Under the pieces are notes generated by a model, which saw only the letters and a program-made list of their open reading frames with translations, was not told the origin of the DNA and made no database searches. A stretch of 64,000 nucleotides of DNA from NCBI GenBank assembly GCA_041937175.2, contig CP166615.1, positions 256,001 through 320,000 on the forward strand. Direction: 5' to 3'. Below, piece after piece: positions 40,751-51,781 of this stretch (positions are counted from its first letter, which is position 1; the number at the start of each line of letters is the position of its first letter). Position numbers and translations under genes: made by a program. Origin of the DNA: Limnothrix sp. BL-A-16 (GTDB lineage: Bacteria > Cyanobacteriota > Cyanobacteriia > CACIAM-69d).

Positions 40751-42523
40751 TTAAGAAGACGACAACCTTGGTTCTTGAGAAATAGTGTAGGTGGTTTGGA
40801 TAATTCCTTCCATGTTGTTACTTCGATCCAGACTATTACAATCAAGAGAACCCGGCGCAAGATGATTAGCTTCTGGATTTTGAAATTCCGGAAGTTCGCT
40901 CCAGTTTTGAGGTAAAGAAATATGAAAAGTGCTACCTTTTCCTAGTTCACTGGTAACCCAAATTTGTCCGCCATGTTGCTCCACAATCCGACGACAAAGA
41001 GTTAGGCTAACACCCAGTCCGCCACGCGATCGGGAGTCGGAGGAGTCTACTTGATAGAAGGGTTCAAAGATTTGCTCTAGGTCTGTGGGGGGAATGCCGC
41101 AGCCATGGTCAGTGATATGAAAAATCACATCCTGCGGCGAAACGGTGACCGCAAATCCTAAGACTGAGCCAGGCGATGAAAACTTGATGGCATTATCTAA
41201 AATGCGATCGAACAAATCTAAAATGGCATCGGGATCCGCCCAAACGGTTAGATCATCGGGAATTGAATAGGTAATGGATAAATTTTGAGCTTGTAATCGA
41301 TTGACCACGCGATCGTAGGCTCGATTGGCCAAGTCTTGAACCCAACAGCGTTGTTTGGCCAGGCTTTCGGTAGAGGCTAAATCGGCCAATCGCAACACCA
41401 CATCAATCGCTTGCCCCAGCCGTTCTGCACTGCGCAGGGCCACCGCAATTAATTGTTGTCCTTGCATGGATTGCAAATCACAACGCCCCGTGGCCAAAAG
41501 CTTAATTGCACCCTGCAAAGAACTGAAGGGGGTGCGTAACTCATGACTCACGATCGAGACAAATTCATCCTTCATCCGCTCGATCGCCTTGTATTGGGTA
41601 ATGTTGCGACACATCAGCCGCACACCATCACCCAACTTGCAGGCATCCACCCGAAACCAACTGTTCAATCGCCGATCGAACACCTCGCGCGATTGGTTCG
41701 CCTCCTCCGCCACCACCGGCAGCAACCAGGTGAATAACTCTTGGCTGGCCCTTGCCGCCTGCTCCACCTCCGACTCGCCCATCACCACCGGCTCCGCACT
41801 AAACGGCACGGCCGCCCGTGCTCCCGGATCCGTGCCATGGGCCAGCAAACTACGCTGGGCCAGCACCGCCGCCGAGCAGCCCGTTGCCCGCTCCGCCGCC
41901 GGATTCACCAACCGCCACTGGAAATTCACCACCCGATCGCGGTCATCACGCACCACCTGCAACACCGCGATCGCGTCCGGCGACAGGTTCAACACATCCA
42001 TCAAAAACGATTGGGAATCCGCTAGCCGCAACTCCGCCTGTTTCCGTTCGATTGCATAGCGCATCGATCGCACCAGCAGCGTGGGCGAAATTTCCCCCTT
42101 AATTAAATAGTCTTGGGCTCCCAACCGCAGGGCATCAACCCCCGCCTGCTCATCACCCGTTGCCGTCAACACCACCACGGGAATCGTGGGTTGGGCGGCC
42201 TGAAGTTGGCGCAGCGTCCCCAGCCCCACCGAATCCGGTAACGACAAATCCAGCAACGTCACATCAAAACGCTGCTGTCGAATGCAAACCAGCGCCTCTG
42301 CCAAGGTGCTCACCGCCACCAGATCAACCCCCGACAGCAAAAACTCCGCCTTCCGCAGCATGAGTTGCACAAGGCGAACGTCGATCGGGCTGTCTTCAAC
42401 CAGCAACACCCGTGGCGAAAACAGCGAGGTCGATTGGTTGAGCAAGGGATTGCCCTGAGATGCAGAATCAGAAAACGTCATACGCCCGACTGTTTGGGCC
42501 TGGTACAGCACTTGCAGAGCCAC
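40751..42523 (-). CDS. hybrid sensor histidine kinase (REC-PAS-like-HisKA-HATPase)
   Basis: LLVEDS/LLDLSLPDS receiver, SHELRTP H-box, DNAIKF, DHGCGI, FEPFYQ, GGLGVSL. Confidence 0.92.
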   Translation of the reverse strand: MALQVLYQAQTVGRMTFSDSASQGNPLLNQSTSLFSPRVLLVEDSPIDVRLVQLMLRKAEFLLSGVDLVAVSTLAEALVCIRQQRFDVTLLDLSLPDSVGLGTLRQLQAAQPTIPVVVLTATGDEQAGVDALRLGAQDYLIKGEISPTLLVRSMRYAIERKQAELRLADSQSFLMDVLNLSPDAIAVLQVVRDDRDRVVNFQWRLVNPAAERATGCSAAVLAQRSLLAHGTDPGARAAVPFSAEPVVMGESEVEQAARASQELFTWLLPVVAEEANQSREVFDRRLNSWFRVDACKLGDGVRLMCRNITQYKAIERMKDEFVSIVSHELRTPFSSLQGAIKLLATGRCDLQSMQGQQLIAVALRSAERLGQAIDVVLRLADLASTESLAKQRCWVQDLANRAYDRVVNRLQAQNLSITYSIPDDLTVWADPDAILDLFDRILDNAIKFSSPGSVLGFAVTVSPQDVIFHITDHGCGIPPTDLEQIFEPFYQVDSSDSRSRGGLGVSLTLCRRIVEQHGGQIWVTSELGKGSTFHISLPQNWSELPEFQNPEANHLAPGSLDCNSLDRSNNMEGIIQTTYTISQEPRLSSS

Positions 42524-43929
42524 ATAAGTTGCACAGAAGCAGCAGACAACATCGCTACCCGAAAAACTTTTGAATTTTAACTGTGATCGACAGGCTCCCT
42601 AGTTCATCTTATGCGTTCCCCTGAATTGTCCCCATCGTTTATTGCCTGACCCGCAATCCGATTCGTGATGGGAGCCACCCGATTCGCAATCGCCAAACCC
42701 TGGTTTCACCTTTCTTTCAGATTCAATTTTATTTGCAGAGGGAGATGAGATGCACCTGATCAGAGACAAATTTGAGCGTCTCCTGTCATCCAGCCACAGA
42801 GAATTGATTCGGTATTAACAGAGAAGTTAACAAAAATCTGATGAATGAAGCAGTTAAATCAAGTACTTTGGTCTGGAGGATAGAGGTAGCTCCAAATAAC
42901 AAATCGCTCCATGGCAATGTTTGAATTGCAACGGGATCGCGACATGATCATCAAGCCTTCAACTACACCCGCAATTACGACAGTGCAACCGCCATCGTTT
43001 ATACCATCATTACGCGAAGTTCCGTATTAGTCATCAGGGAAATACTGCACGCGGGGCCATGGTCGCTACTGGTTGTGGGCAGGTCACCCTCACTCAGTTT
43101 CCCCAAGCAACGGGCGGCTGGTAGCAATTGTCCAGTCTTCCCCTCCATTACAGCATTTGAACCCTCCCGCCGCTCGGGATCCGCTCGATCGCCCTGAAGT
43201 TCACCACCATCCGCCCCGATCGCTAATTCAGTGACCATCAGTCCATCCCAAAATAGTTTGATCTTAAAAGTTCTTTCAATAAATCACTTATGATAATTCT
43301 TATTGGGTATCTAATTGGATGTTTGACGAATTCTGATCCATCAGGATCTTGTCTGTATGTTGCTCGTGCTTGGGTTGCAAAATTTGCTCAACAGCCTTGG
43401 AAACCATCTCGAAAACTATTTGTCATGGAAATTGATCATTATTAAAAGAACTTAACTGAAATTTTGATTCAAAGCATCAATTTAAATTTGCAATATCAGA
43501 TTGCAATTTTTGATTTATATCAGCTTCTGGCTTATTCTTGTCAGCAAACTTGTTGTCAGCAAGCTTGCCAAAGATCAAAACTTGATGCAGCGCTATCAAT
43601 TCATGATTGACTAATTTTGAATGTGTTTGTTTTTGTGAGCTTTTTCAAAAAAGATGAAAAATCGCATCTTTTCAAGAAATTCTTGACAATCAATATCAAA
43701 ACAAAATTTAAAAAATTGCAAAAATATTCAAAATAATTTCATATTCTAAATTGAACATTGCTCGAAATTGCTTGATAAAGCTGAAGAGAGCTTGAGGTGT
43801 TCAGCTAATCTCAAAAATGCCTCATATACCTATGGAATTTCGCGCAATTCTCGACTTTTTCACCTTTTCTGCCTAGTCTGGCATTGAACAGCGGTGGATC
43901 CACGATACCTATTAGAGCGAGTTTGGATA

Positions 43930-45162
43930 ATGTTTCTCATTTCTGACTCAGAGTTATTACCCAGGGCGATCGACTTACCCGAACCAAACCCATCCGACTC
44001 CCCTTCCCCCGCTCTTGCAACAGCCTCTTTGCCCGCCCACGCACCTGCTAACCTACCCGCTAATTTGTCTGCAAATCTGCCCCCAAATTTGCCCCAAAGT
44101 TTACCCACAAGCAACCACCTCAATGTCAAAGATCATCTGAAAAATACCGCCAACACAAACAGCAATACCAACATCAACACCAACACCAGCGTTTCTCTGG
44201 GGTACGAATTGCGGGCCTCCCTCGCCTCAATTCACGGGGCCCTGCGACTGCTCACCAGGGATCAAGACTTGGTGACCGATCCCAACGCGCGGCGGCTGTT
44301 GCGAATTGCCATGTCTAATACGCATCGGTTGCTGAGTTTGGCCGTTGCGATCGAGGGCGAAACCCAACAACCCAACGTCCTTACAACCGCCGCGATCGAA
44401 CGCCTCAGGCTGGCCAACGAACTGCAAGGGGCGGCTGAGCGGGGAGAATTTGTGCTGGTTTACCAACCCGTGATTTGCTTAGGCAGCGGGCGCACCGTGG
44501 GCTTGGAAGCGTTGGTGCGCTGGGAACATCCCTCCCGAGGATTGATGCAGCCCAATAGTTTCATCGCGATCGCCGAAAGTAGCGGTTTCATTGCTGAATT
44601 GGGCCTGTGGGTCATTCGGGAAGCCTGCACCCAGCTTCGTCACTGGCAACTAACGGGGATGATTGACTCAAATTTGTGGGTTAGCGTGAACCTCTCCCCC
44701 TGCCAATTGTTGGAACCGAACCTGCTGGGGCAGTGTGAGGCCATCTTGCGCGAAACAGAATTACCCCCCCACTGTTTGCACCTGGAGCTAACGGAATCCG
44801 TTGCTTTGGACTTGGGCATGGATGTGCTGGCAATTTTGCGAGGATTCCGGCAACTGGGCATTGCGATCTATGTGGATGACTTCGGCACGGGCTATTCCTC
44901 CTTGGCCCGACTCCATGAGTTCCCGATCGATGCGCTAAAGATCGATCGCTCATTCATCCTGCGGGAGCAGTGGGAAATTGTGCGGATGATTGCGCTTTTG
45001 GCCGATCACCTGGGGATTCAAATTGTGGCCGAGGGGATTGAGTCGGTACACCATCTGCACACACTCCAAGGCTTGGGGTGTCAGATGGCCCAAGGATTTT
45101 TAATTTCGCGCCCTTTGGATGCGGCGGCGGTGATTGACTTCATTCAAGATCTGGACTCCTAG
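43930..45162 (+). CDS. EAL-domain c-di-GMP phosphodiesterase with N-terminal HisKA-like helices
   Basis: EALVRW, SVNLS, LELTE, DDFGTGYSSL, LKIDRSF, AEGIE, QGF; GYELRASLASIHGALRLL upstream. Confidence 0.9.
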   Translation: MFLISDSELLPRAIDLPEPNPSDSPSPALATASLPAHAPANLPANLSANLPPNLPQSLPTSNHLNVKDHLKNTANTNSNTNINTNTSVSLGYELRASLASIHGALRLLTRDQDLVTDPNARRLLRIAMSNTHRLLSLAVAIEGETQQPNVLTTAAIERLRLANELQGAAERGEFVLVYQPVICLGSGRTVGLEALVRWEHPSRGLMQPNSFIAIAESSGFIAELGLWVIREACTQLRHWQLTGMIDSNLWVSVNLSPCQLLEPNLLGQCEAILRETELPPHCLHLELTESVALDLGMDVLAILRGFRQLGIAIYVDDFGTGYSSLARLHEFPIDALKIDRSFILREQWEIVRMIALLADHLGIQIVAEGIESVHHLHTLQGLGCQMAQGFLISRPLDAAAVIDFIQDLDS

Positions 45163-46158
45163 GGAATCGCAACTTGATGAATCGAGTCACTCATTAGCCA
45201 ACTTAACGATCAACGCATATAGCTAGATTTGTCTAAAAACCGAATAGCCAGCAGCGGCTAATTGTCCATGGGGTCGTTCTTTAGCCGTTGTTGGCAAGTT
45301 CACCAGTTACAAATTTACGGATTATGAGTCCATCATTCAAGGCTGTCGGTTTGGAAGCATAAACACAGCTCCAGCAGCTATTACAAGCCCAATTATTGAA
45401 ACTGTGCACTAGATCACATCCATGATCGTCACTTAGCTCCTAATATAGCTACCGTTTATGGAATTGCTGTTCAGCCCTGTTGCAATCACGAAGGCAAAAC
45501 CACTGCCTAACCTAGCGATCTTTGAACTTGCGAATTGAGTGCTGTTCCCCTTCCAAATTTTCACTACTGGGCTATTTGCCAACCCCTTAAGCGTCTTGCA
45601 TCAAGTCTGAACACCAACCTAGTCATTGCTCAGCCGAGAGATTAATCCAGAATTCAAACCGAAAACCCTATTGGACAAGAGTCAAAATTGGTTTGAATTC
45701 AGTATTAACACTTAATGATCGAGAGTTGAAATGATCGCTCTTGGCATAAACCTGGCTGAGTCATAGGCTCCGTAGCTGATGGGTGTTAATTGTCACATGC
45801 TAGCAACCAATTAGTTGAACGATCGATCATCCTTTCCGAGTTTTTCACGATTTTTTCCTAAAATCCTGTTCGCAACTTGGGAGTGTTTCTGCAAAATCGA
45901 CAATGCTTCTAATCAACTCTAAATGAGGAAAAAGGCTGATCAACGGATGCCTGAAAATGCTTGAAAATCATGTAATTATTTACCAAATCTTAAAGAACCA
46001 GAATGCAAATCGACTACTGAGTTAGTTTCAAGATTGATCATAAGAGTAAATTCATGGGCTGTAAATAAGCTCTGAAAAACCCTGAGAAATTCTGAGATTG
46101 CTCTGGCGATCGATAGGTCAAGAGGGATGCACATTACTGAAGTCACCTAAGATTTTCA

Positions 46159-47502
46159 GTGGCCGTCCCCCGGATGCAAGTCACTCCTATGAACACAGGC
46201 GCAGTTGCGAGGCACGCTATGTCAAACCAAGTTGTCGGTCTGCTATCCCTCGCGCGGGCCATCGCCCAGGTGAACCACAATCAGGTGTCTGGAACATTGA
46301 TGGTTCGGCAGGGGCAAATCCATTGGCGGCTGGAGTTTCATCAGGGCAAGTTGGTTTGCACCACGGGCAGTGATCATCGGGTGCGGCGTTGGCGACGCGC
46401 TCTGATGGGGCAACAGATTGAGCCGGCGGAATTAACGGCGGGGCAGCCTCCGACTTCTTACGATCCTTGGGAATATGCGCTGGTGAGTCGGGCGGTGATG
46501 ACAGGCCAGCTAGATAACGGCAAGGCGGAGCATGTGTTGGCGGCGCTGACGCTGGAGGCGCTGACGCAAATTGCGACCGATGCAACGATCCGGATGACTT
46601 GGGAGGCGCGATCGAATCGATTGCTAGACTGTGCGGCGGTCAGTTCGGGACTGCATTTGCCGGGCGATCGGCTGCAACAATTGCTGAAGGATGCGCGGGA
46701 CTTGAGCCAATTGTTGCCGAGTGACCGACCAGTCCACGCTTGGATCGATCGGGGGCTGTCGTTGGATGCCGGCATTGAGCTGGATGATAGCCGTCAGCAC
46801 ACTGCCCTGAGCTTGCAACCGCTGTTTAATGGTCGGCGCACCTTTTGGGATTTGGCCCTGAAGTTAAACCAATCCCCTGCCATGACGGCTCGGATGCTGG
46901 GTTACTTTTTCCGGCAGCAGTTGCTGACCTTTCAGGTGTTGCCGGATTTGGAGTTTCACCCCATGCTCTCATCCACGGGTTACGCCACCCCAGCCACCAA
47001 AACTGAACCACCCCTAGTGGTTTGCATTGATGACAGCATGGTGGTGCTGCAACGGCTGGAACGAATTGTGACCCAGGCGGGCTATCGGTTCTGTGGAATG
47101 CGGGACTCGGTGCAGGCGCTGACGCAGTTGATTGAGCTGAAGCCGGATTTGATCCTGCTGGATGTGGTGATGCCGGTGGTGAATGGCTATGAAATTTGTG
47201 CGCAAATTCGGCGGGTGAAGGCCCTGGAGCATACCCCGATCGTGATTTTGACCGGGCATGATGGCACGATCGATCGGGTGCGGGCCAAGTTGGCGCGGGC
47301 TTCCGAGTTTCTCTCGAAGGTTTCCGATAGCAGGCAAATTCTGGCGACGTTGGAGCGGCACTTGCCGAGCCACAATTCCACCCGCCCACATCCACCACAT
47401 CCAGATCCGGCCCTGCCCGGTCGCACTGCCAATGGGCAAGATCAGGGGGCTGGCTTCAGCGTGAATTCATCCCCCAGCGCGTTCAAGTCTGCTTTGGCCT
47501 GA
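46159..47502 (+). CDS. PatA-type response regulator (PATAN/DUF4388-like + REC)
   Basis: SGTLMV...WRLEFHQGKL...HRVRRWRR N-domain; VCIDDS, LLDVVMPVVNGYEICAQIRR; start uncertain. Confidence 0.88.
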   Translation: MAVPRMQVTPMNTGAVARHAMSNQVVGLLSLARAIAQVNHNQVSGTLMVRQGQIHWRLEFHQGKLVCTTGSDHRVRRWRRALMGQQIEPAELTAGQPPTSYDPWEYALVSRAVMTGQLDNGKAEHVLAALTLEALTQIATDATIRMTWEARSNRLLDCAAVSSGLHLPGDRLQQLLKDARDLSQLLPSDRPVHAWIDRGLSLDAGIELDDSRQHTALSLQPLFNGRRTFWDLALKLNQSPAMTARMLGYFFRQQLLTFQVLPDLEFHPMLSSTGYATPATKTEPPLVVCIDDSMVVLQRLERIVTQAGYRFCGMRDSVQALTQLIELKPDLILLDVVMPVVNGYEICAQIRRVKALEHTPIVILTGHDGTIDRVRAKLARASEFLSKVSDSRQILATLERHLPSHNSTRPHPPHPDPALPGRTANGQDQGAGFSVNSSPSAFKSALA

Positions 47503-47749
47503 GAGGATCTTGAAGAGGATGGCGAAAAAGCCAAACTTGGATCAGCCCCATAGCCCAATATTCATTCCAGATTCATTCCAGATCCATCCCAGTATGAATC
47601 CGGCGGGTGAATGGTTTCTGTTGCGCCCGAATTTGCCAAGATGCGCCCAAAGTGGTTCCCCGATTTGGTTGCTGGGGGTATGATTCCGGCATCGGTGGCC
47701 TTCAGGATGAGTGATCAGTGAGCGATCGACTAGCCATGCATGAGATCTC

Positions 47750-48097
47750 ATGAGCCATCAGCTGTCATTCAACGCGTCATTCAACGCCCGTCCCTTGTCT
47801 CATCCTCTGCCCCATCATTTGATTTTGTATAGCAAGCCCGGTTGCCATCTCTGTGAGGGATTGCAGGAAAAGTTGGAAATGGTGAACCTGTCGAGCGATC
47901 TGCGCCTCACGATCGAGCTGCGGGACATCACCACCAACGATCGCTGGTTTGCCGCGTTTCAATCCGAAATTCCGGTGTTGCGTTGGCTGGCGGATGGGGA
48001 ATCTGAATTGCCGATTCCGCGGCCGTCGCCCCGCTGTTCGGTGGTTCAGCTCGAACAACACCTCCGGAAAGCCTTTGCCACAATTGAGCCATCCTAG
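47750..48097 (+). CDS. glutaredoxin-like protein (DUF836)
   Basis: LILYSKPGCHLCEGL, RDIT, EIPVL. Confidence 0.88.
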   Translation: MSHQLSFNASFNARPLSHPLPHHLILYSKPGCHLCEGLQEKLEMVNLSSDLRLTIELRDITTNDRWFAAFQSEIPVLRWLADGESELPIPRPSPRCSVVQLEQHLRKAFATIEPS

Positions 48098-48112
48098 GAG
48101 AGGCAACCGCCC

Positions 48113-49648
48113 ATGGAACCCATGACTTTGCGCGAACTGCTGGCCAGCGTCTCCACAGAACTGGTGATTCCCGACCATCCGGCACTCGATCGCCCAGTGA
48201 AGGGGCTGACGACCAATTCCCAAGCTTGCCAACCGGGCGACCTGTTCATTGGTCTGCCGGGGACTCGGGTTGATGGCGGTGAATTTTGGCCCAACGCGAT
48301 CGAGTCAGGGGCGATCGCGGCGGTGGTGTCGTCGGCCATTGCCGCCGCCCAGCCAACCCAGCCGGCCGGGCCTTGCCTGATTGGGGCGATGGATGTGGTG
48401 GGGGCCTGTGCAGATTTGGCGGCGGCGTTCCATGGCCACCCAACCCAGCAGTTGCAATTGGTGGGGGTGACGGGCACCAATGGCAAAACCACCACCACGC
48501 AATTGATTGAGTTTTTGTTGAAGACAGCCGATCGCCCCACGGCGCTGCTGGGCACGTTGGTGGTGCGTTGGCCGGGCTTTGAGCAAACGGCCGTCCATAC
48601 CACGCCCTTTGCGGTGGAGTTGCAAGAGCAGTTGGCCAATGCTCGATCGGCTGGGGCAGACTATGCCGTGATGGAAGTTAGCTCCCATGCCCTGGCCCAA
48701 CGGCGGGTGCAAGGTTGTGAATTTCAGGTGGCGGTTTTCACCAACCTGACGCAGGATCACCTGGACTTCCACAACACGATGGAAGATTATTTTGCGGCGA
48801 AGTCCCTGCTCTTCCAGCCCAATTACTTGCGGGGCCGGGCGATCGTCAACCTTGATGATCCCTATGGGGCGGCCCTCGCAGCTCAGCTCGATACCGATCG
48901 CTGCTGGTGCTATAGCATTGACGATTCCGCAGCCGATTTTTATCTGAGTGATTTGAGCTACGGCCTCGATGGGGTCAGCGGCACGCTGCACACACCGGCC
49001 GGCGAGATCGCGTTTCGATCGCCCCTGGTGGGTCAATTCAACCTGCAAAACTGGCTGGCCGCCGCTGCTGCCGGGTTGCACTTGGGCTTGGATCTGTCGG
49101 CCATGGTGCAGGCCCTGGCTCAATTCCCCGGTGTGCCAGGCCGAATGCAGCTAGTTCAAGTGACCGATACGCCCTTGCCCCAGGACATTAGCGCGATCGT
49201 GGACTATGCCCACACGCCCGACAGCTTGGACAATGCCCTGCGGGCGGCCCGTCCGTTTGTGCAAGGGCGCTTGATTTGTGTGTTTGGTTGTGGGGGCGAT
49301 CGCGATCGCACCAAACGGCCCATCATGGGCGGCATTGCGGCCCAGGAGTCCGACTGGGCGATCGTCACTTCCGACAACCCCCGCACCGAAAATCCCCAGC
49401 GAATTTTGAACGATGTGGTGGCCGGAATTCCCGCCGCTGCGAACTACACCGTGGAGGGCGATCGCGCCAAGGCGATCCAACGGGCCATCCTGGAAGCCCA
49501 ACCCGGCGATTGTGTCCTAATTGCGGGCAAAGGCCACGAAGACTACCAAATCCTAGGCACTGAAAAGGTGCATTTTGACGATCGGGAACAGGCCGAAGCG
49601 GCCCTGCGCCTGCGATTGCAAGCAACCATCGCCACTAATGCAAATTAA
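48113..49648 (+). CDS. murE: UDP-MurNAc-tripeptide synthetase (meso-DAP adding)
   Basis: GVTGTNGKTT, MEVSSHAL, DYAHTPD, DNPR, AGKGHEDYQ. Confidence 0.97.
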   Translation: MEPMTLRELLASVSTELVIPDHPALDRPVKGLTTNSQACQPGDLFIGLPGTRVDGGEFWPNAIESGAIAAVVSSAIAAAQPTQPAGPCLIGAMDVVGACADLAAAFHGHPTQQLQLVGVTGTNGKTTTTQLIEFLLKTADRPTALLGTLVVRWPGFEQTAVHTTPFAVELQEQLANARSAGADYAVMEVSSHALAQRRVQGCEFQVAVFTNLTQDHLDFHNTMEDYFAAKSLLFQPNYLRGRAIVNLDDPYGAALAAQLDTDRCWCYSIDDSAADFYLSDLSYGLDGVSGTLHTPAGEIAFRSPLVGQFNLQNWLAAAAAGLHLGLDLSAMVQALAQFPGVPGRMQLVQVTDTPLPQDISAIVDYAHTPDSLDNALRAARPFVQGRLICVFGCGGDRDRTKRPIMGGIAAQESDWAIVTSDNPRTENPQRILNDVVAGIPAAANYTVEGDRAKAIQRAILEAQPGDCVLIAGKGHEDYQILGTEKVHFDDREQAEAALRLRLQATIATNAN

Positions 49649-49855
49649 TGCAAACTGAAGCAGGCTGAAGCATCTGGATCGGACTTCATGGGGTTCAGCG
49701 ATCGAAAAATCAGGGTCGCATCCCAAGCTCCGACCCCGCCCGCCCGCGATCCATGGGTCAGGTCTGTTAAAAACTGTTAAATCTCATCCCTGAGCGCCCC
49801 CGTTTGGATTTGCCCGTGATTCTGTGGAAGATTGATACCGTTTCTGCGAAATTGC

Positions 49856-51781
49856 GTGAGATTCCTGCTAGTTGAAGATGACCCAGCCATTTCCCACACG
49901 CTCGGCGCGGCCCTGGCGGAGCAGTTCTACGTGGTGGATGTGGCTGAGGATGGGCAAGAGGGATTGGACTATACCCGATCGTTTACCTACGACTTGATTA
50001 TTCTGGATGTGACCCTGCCCCGACTGGATGGCCTGAGTCTTTGTCGCCACCTGCGGCGAGAAAAATATACGGGTCCCATTTTGCTGTTGACCGCCAAGGG
50101 CGAAACCGAAGACAAGGTAAAGGGTCTGGATGCCGGGGCCGATGATTATGTGGTCAAGCCTTGCACCGTCCAAGAACTGATGGCGCGGGTGCGGGCCCTG
50201 TTGCGCCGCCAGCGATCGACCGATGCGCCCGTGTTGGAATGGGGGCCCCTGCGTTTGGATCCGAGCGCCGGTCAAGTGACCTATAGCAATCGCCCCATCA
50301 ACCTCAGCCCCAAGGAATACAGCCTCCTGGAATTGTTTTTGCGCCATCCCCGGCGGCTGTTTTCCCGCAACGCCATCCTCGAACACCTGTGGTCTGTGGG
50401 CGATTTTCCCGGTGAAGAAACCGTCAAAGCCCACATCAAAGGCGTGCGACGCAAGTTGGCCCTGGTGGGAGCGCGGGATCTGATTGAAACGGTCTATGGC
50501 ATGGGCTATCGGCTGCGGCCCGGGAGCGCTCAGGTGCCGGAACCCCAGGATGGGGATGTGTCTCTACGGTTGCGATCGGCCCTCGATCGGGCATGGGAAC
50601 GCTTTGAGGGAATGATCTATGAGCGGTTGGAGTCCTTGGAGCGAGTAACGGCCGGCATCGGAGCCGATCGACTCTGCGAGGTCGATCGGCTCCGGGCCCT
50701 GGAAGATGCCCACAAACTGATCGGCTCCTTGGGGCCATTTGGATTGGTGCGCGGCTCCCAACTGGCCCGCGCCATTGAAGAACAACTGCAACAACTGCAA
50801 CCCTACGCCCAAGATCCCTATAGCCCCAGTGGTTTCGACCCCGCCGCCAATCCAGTCGCTACCCATCCAACGGCCACCAATCGCCACAGCATCCTGCAAC
50901 TAGCTCACCAAACTCTGATTTCCCTAGTGGGCGATCTGCGTCGCGAAATCCAAAGCCGCCAGCAGATCGAACACAATCGCCTACGGCTGGTTTATTTGGG
51001 CAACAACAGCCGCTGGTCTCAGGCCCTGGCCGCCGCCATTGCCCAAGAAGGGGCCCTGATTGACCTGGCGCTGCCCAGTTCTCCTACCACTTGGCTCACG
51101 CAACCTGCCACCGCCTTGCCCAGTGTGGTAATTATGGATTGGAGCGATCCGGAGCGGGCCGATTTTCTGGCGGTATTGCCCAGCTTGCGCCAGCGCCAAC
51201 CAGCCCTGATCGCGATCGCCCTGATGGAGCAGTCTGACCCCAACGATCTACTGCAATTTGCGAATGAAGGCTGGGATACCGATTGGGCAGTCGATCGCCC
51301 GATCACGCCCCTGATCCAAGCCCTCAGTCAATACCAAACCGAACAACGCATTGGGGGCAATCTGCGAATTCTGGCCATTGGCCTGTCTAACAACGCCAAC
51401 AACCTGGTAAGGCGCTGTTGCCAGCAACAACAATGGACACTGGCCGCCGTTTCCCAACCCCAACGAGTCAGCGCCAGCATGGCCGCCAGTCGGCCGGATC
51501 TCATTTTGCTGGCGGCCGATAGCAGTCCCTGGGAAGGCGCTTTATGGACGAGGGCCCTCCGCAGCGAGGGATTTGGCGGGCGACGCATCCCGGTGATTGT
51601 GTTTGCCTCCGAAGCCTCGCCCCAAACCCTCGATCAGCTCTACCAGGCCGGGGCAACTGCCTGTATCCTAGAGCTTCCGAGTGCTGAGGAATTGGCGGAT
51701 AGTTTGCAACATCAGCTCATCCGAGCCAGCCGATCGGAATTGTTCAATGGCCGAGCTACCAAACCAGCCAGTAAATATTAG
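49856..51781 (+). CDS. multidomain response regulator (REC-OmpR wHTH-Hpt-two degenerate REC; RcaC-like architecture)
   Basis: LLVEDD/ILDVTLP, IETVYGMGYRL, AHKLIGSLGPFG Hpt motif, two C-terminal receiver-like regions. Confidence 0.87.
   Translation: MRFLLVEDDPAISHTLGAALAEQFYVVDVAEDGQEGLDYTRSFTYDLIILDVTLPRLDGLSLCRHLRREKYTGPILLLTAKGETEDKVKGLDAGADDYVVKPCTVQELMARVRALLRRQRSTDAPVLEWGPLRLDPSAGQVTYSNRPINLSPKEYSLLELFLRHPRRLFSRNAILEHLWSVGDFPGEETVKAHIKGVRRKLALVGARDLIETVYGMGYRLRPGSAQVPEPQDGDVSLRLRSALDRAWERFEGMIYERLESLERVTAGIGADRLCEVDRLRALEDAHKLIGSLGPFGLVRGSQLARAIEEQLQQLQPYAQDPYSPSGFDPAANPVATHPTATNRHSILQLAHQTLISLVGDLRREIQSRQQIEHNRLRLVYLGNNSRWSQALAAAIAQEGALIDLALPSSPTTWLTQPATALPSVVIMDWSDPERADFLAVLPSLRQRQPALIAIALMEQSDPNDLLQFANEGWDTDWAVDRPITPLIQALSQYQTEQRIGGNLRILAIGLSNNANNLVRRCCQQQQWTLAAVSQPQRVSASMAASRPDLILLAADSSPWEGALWTRALRSEGFGGRRIPVIVFASEASPQTLDQLYQAGATACILELPSAEELADSLQHQLIRASRSELFNGRATKPASKY

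Noticed and set aside
42911..43238. Small ORFs in the kinase-EAL spacer (39 aa on plus, 79 aa on minus)
   Set aside because: No motifs or clear RBS; cannot be supported without conservation data.
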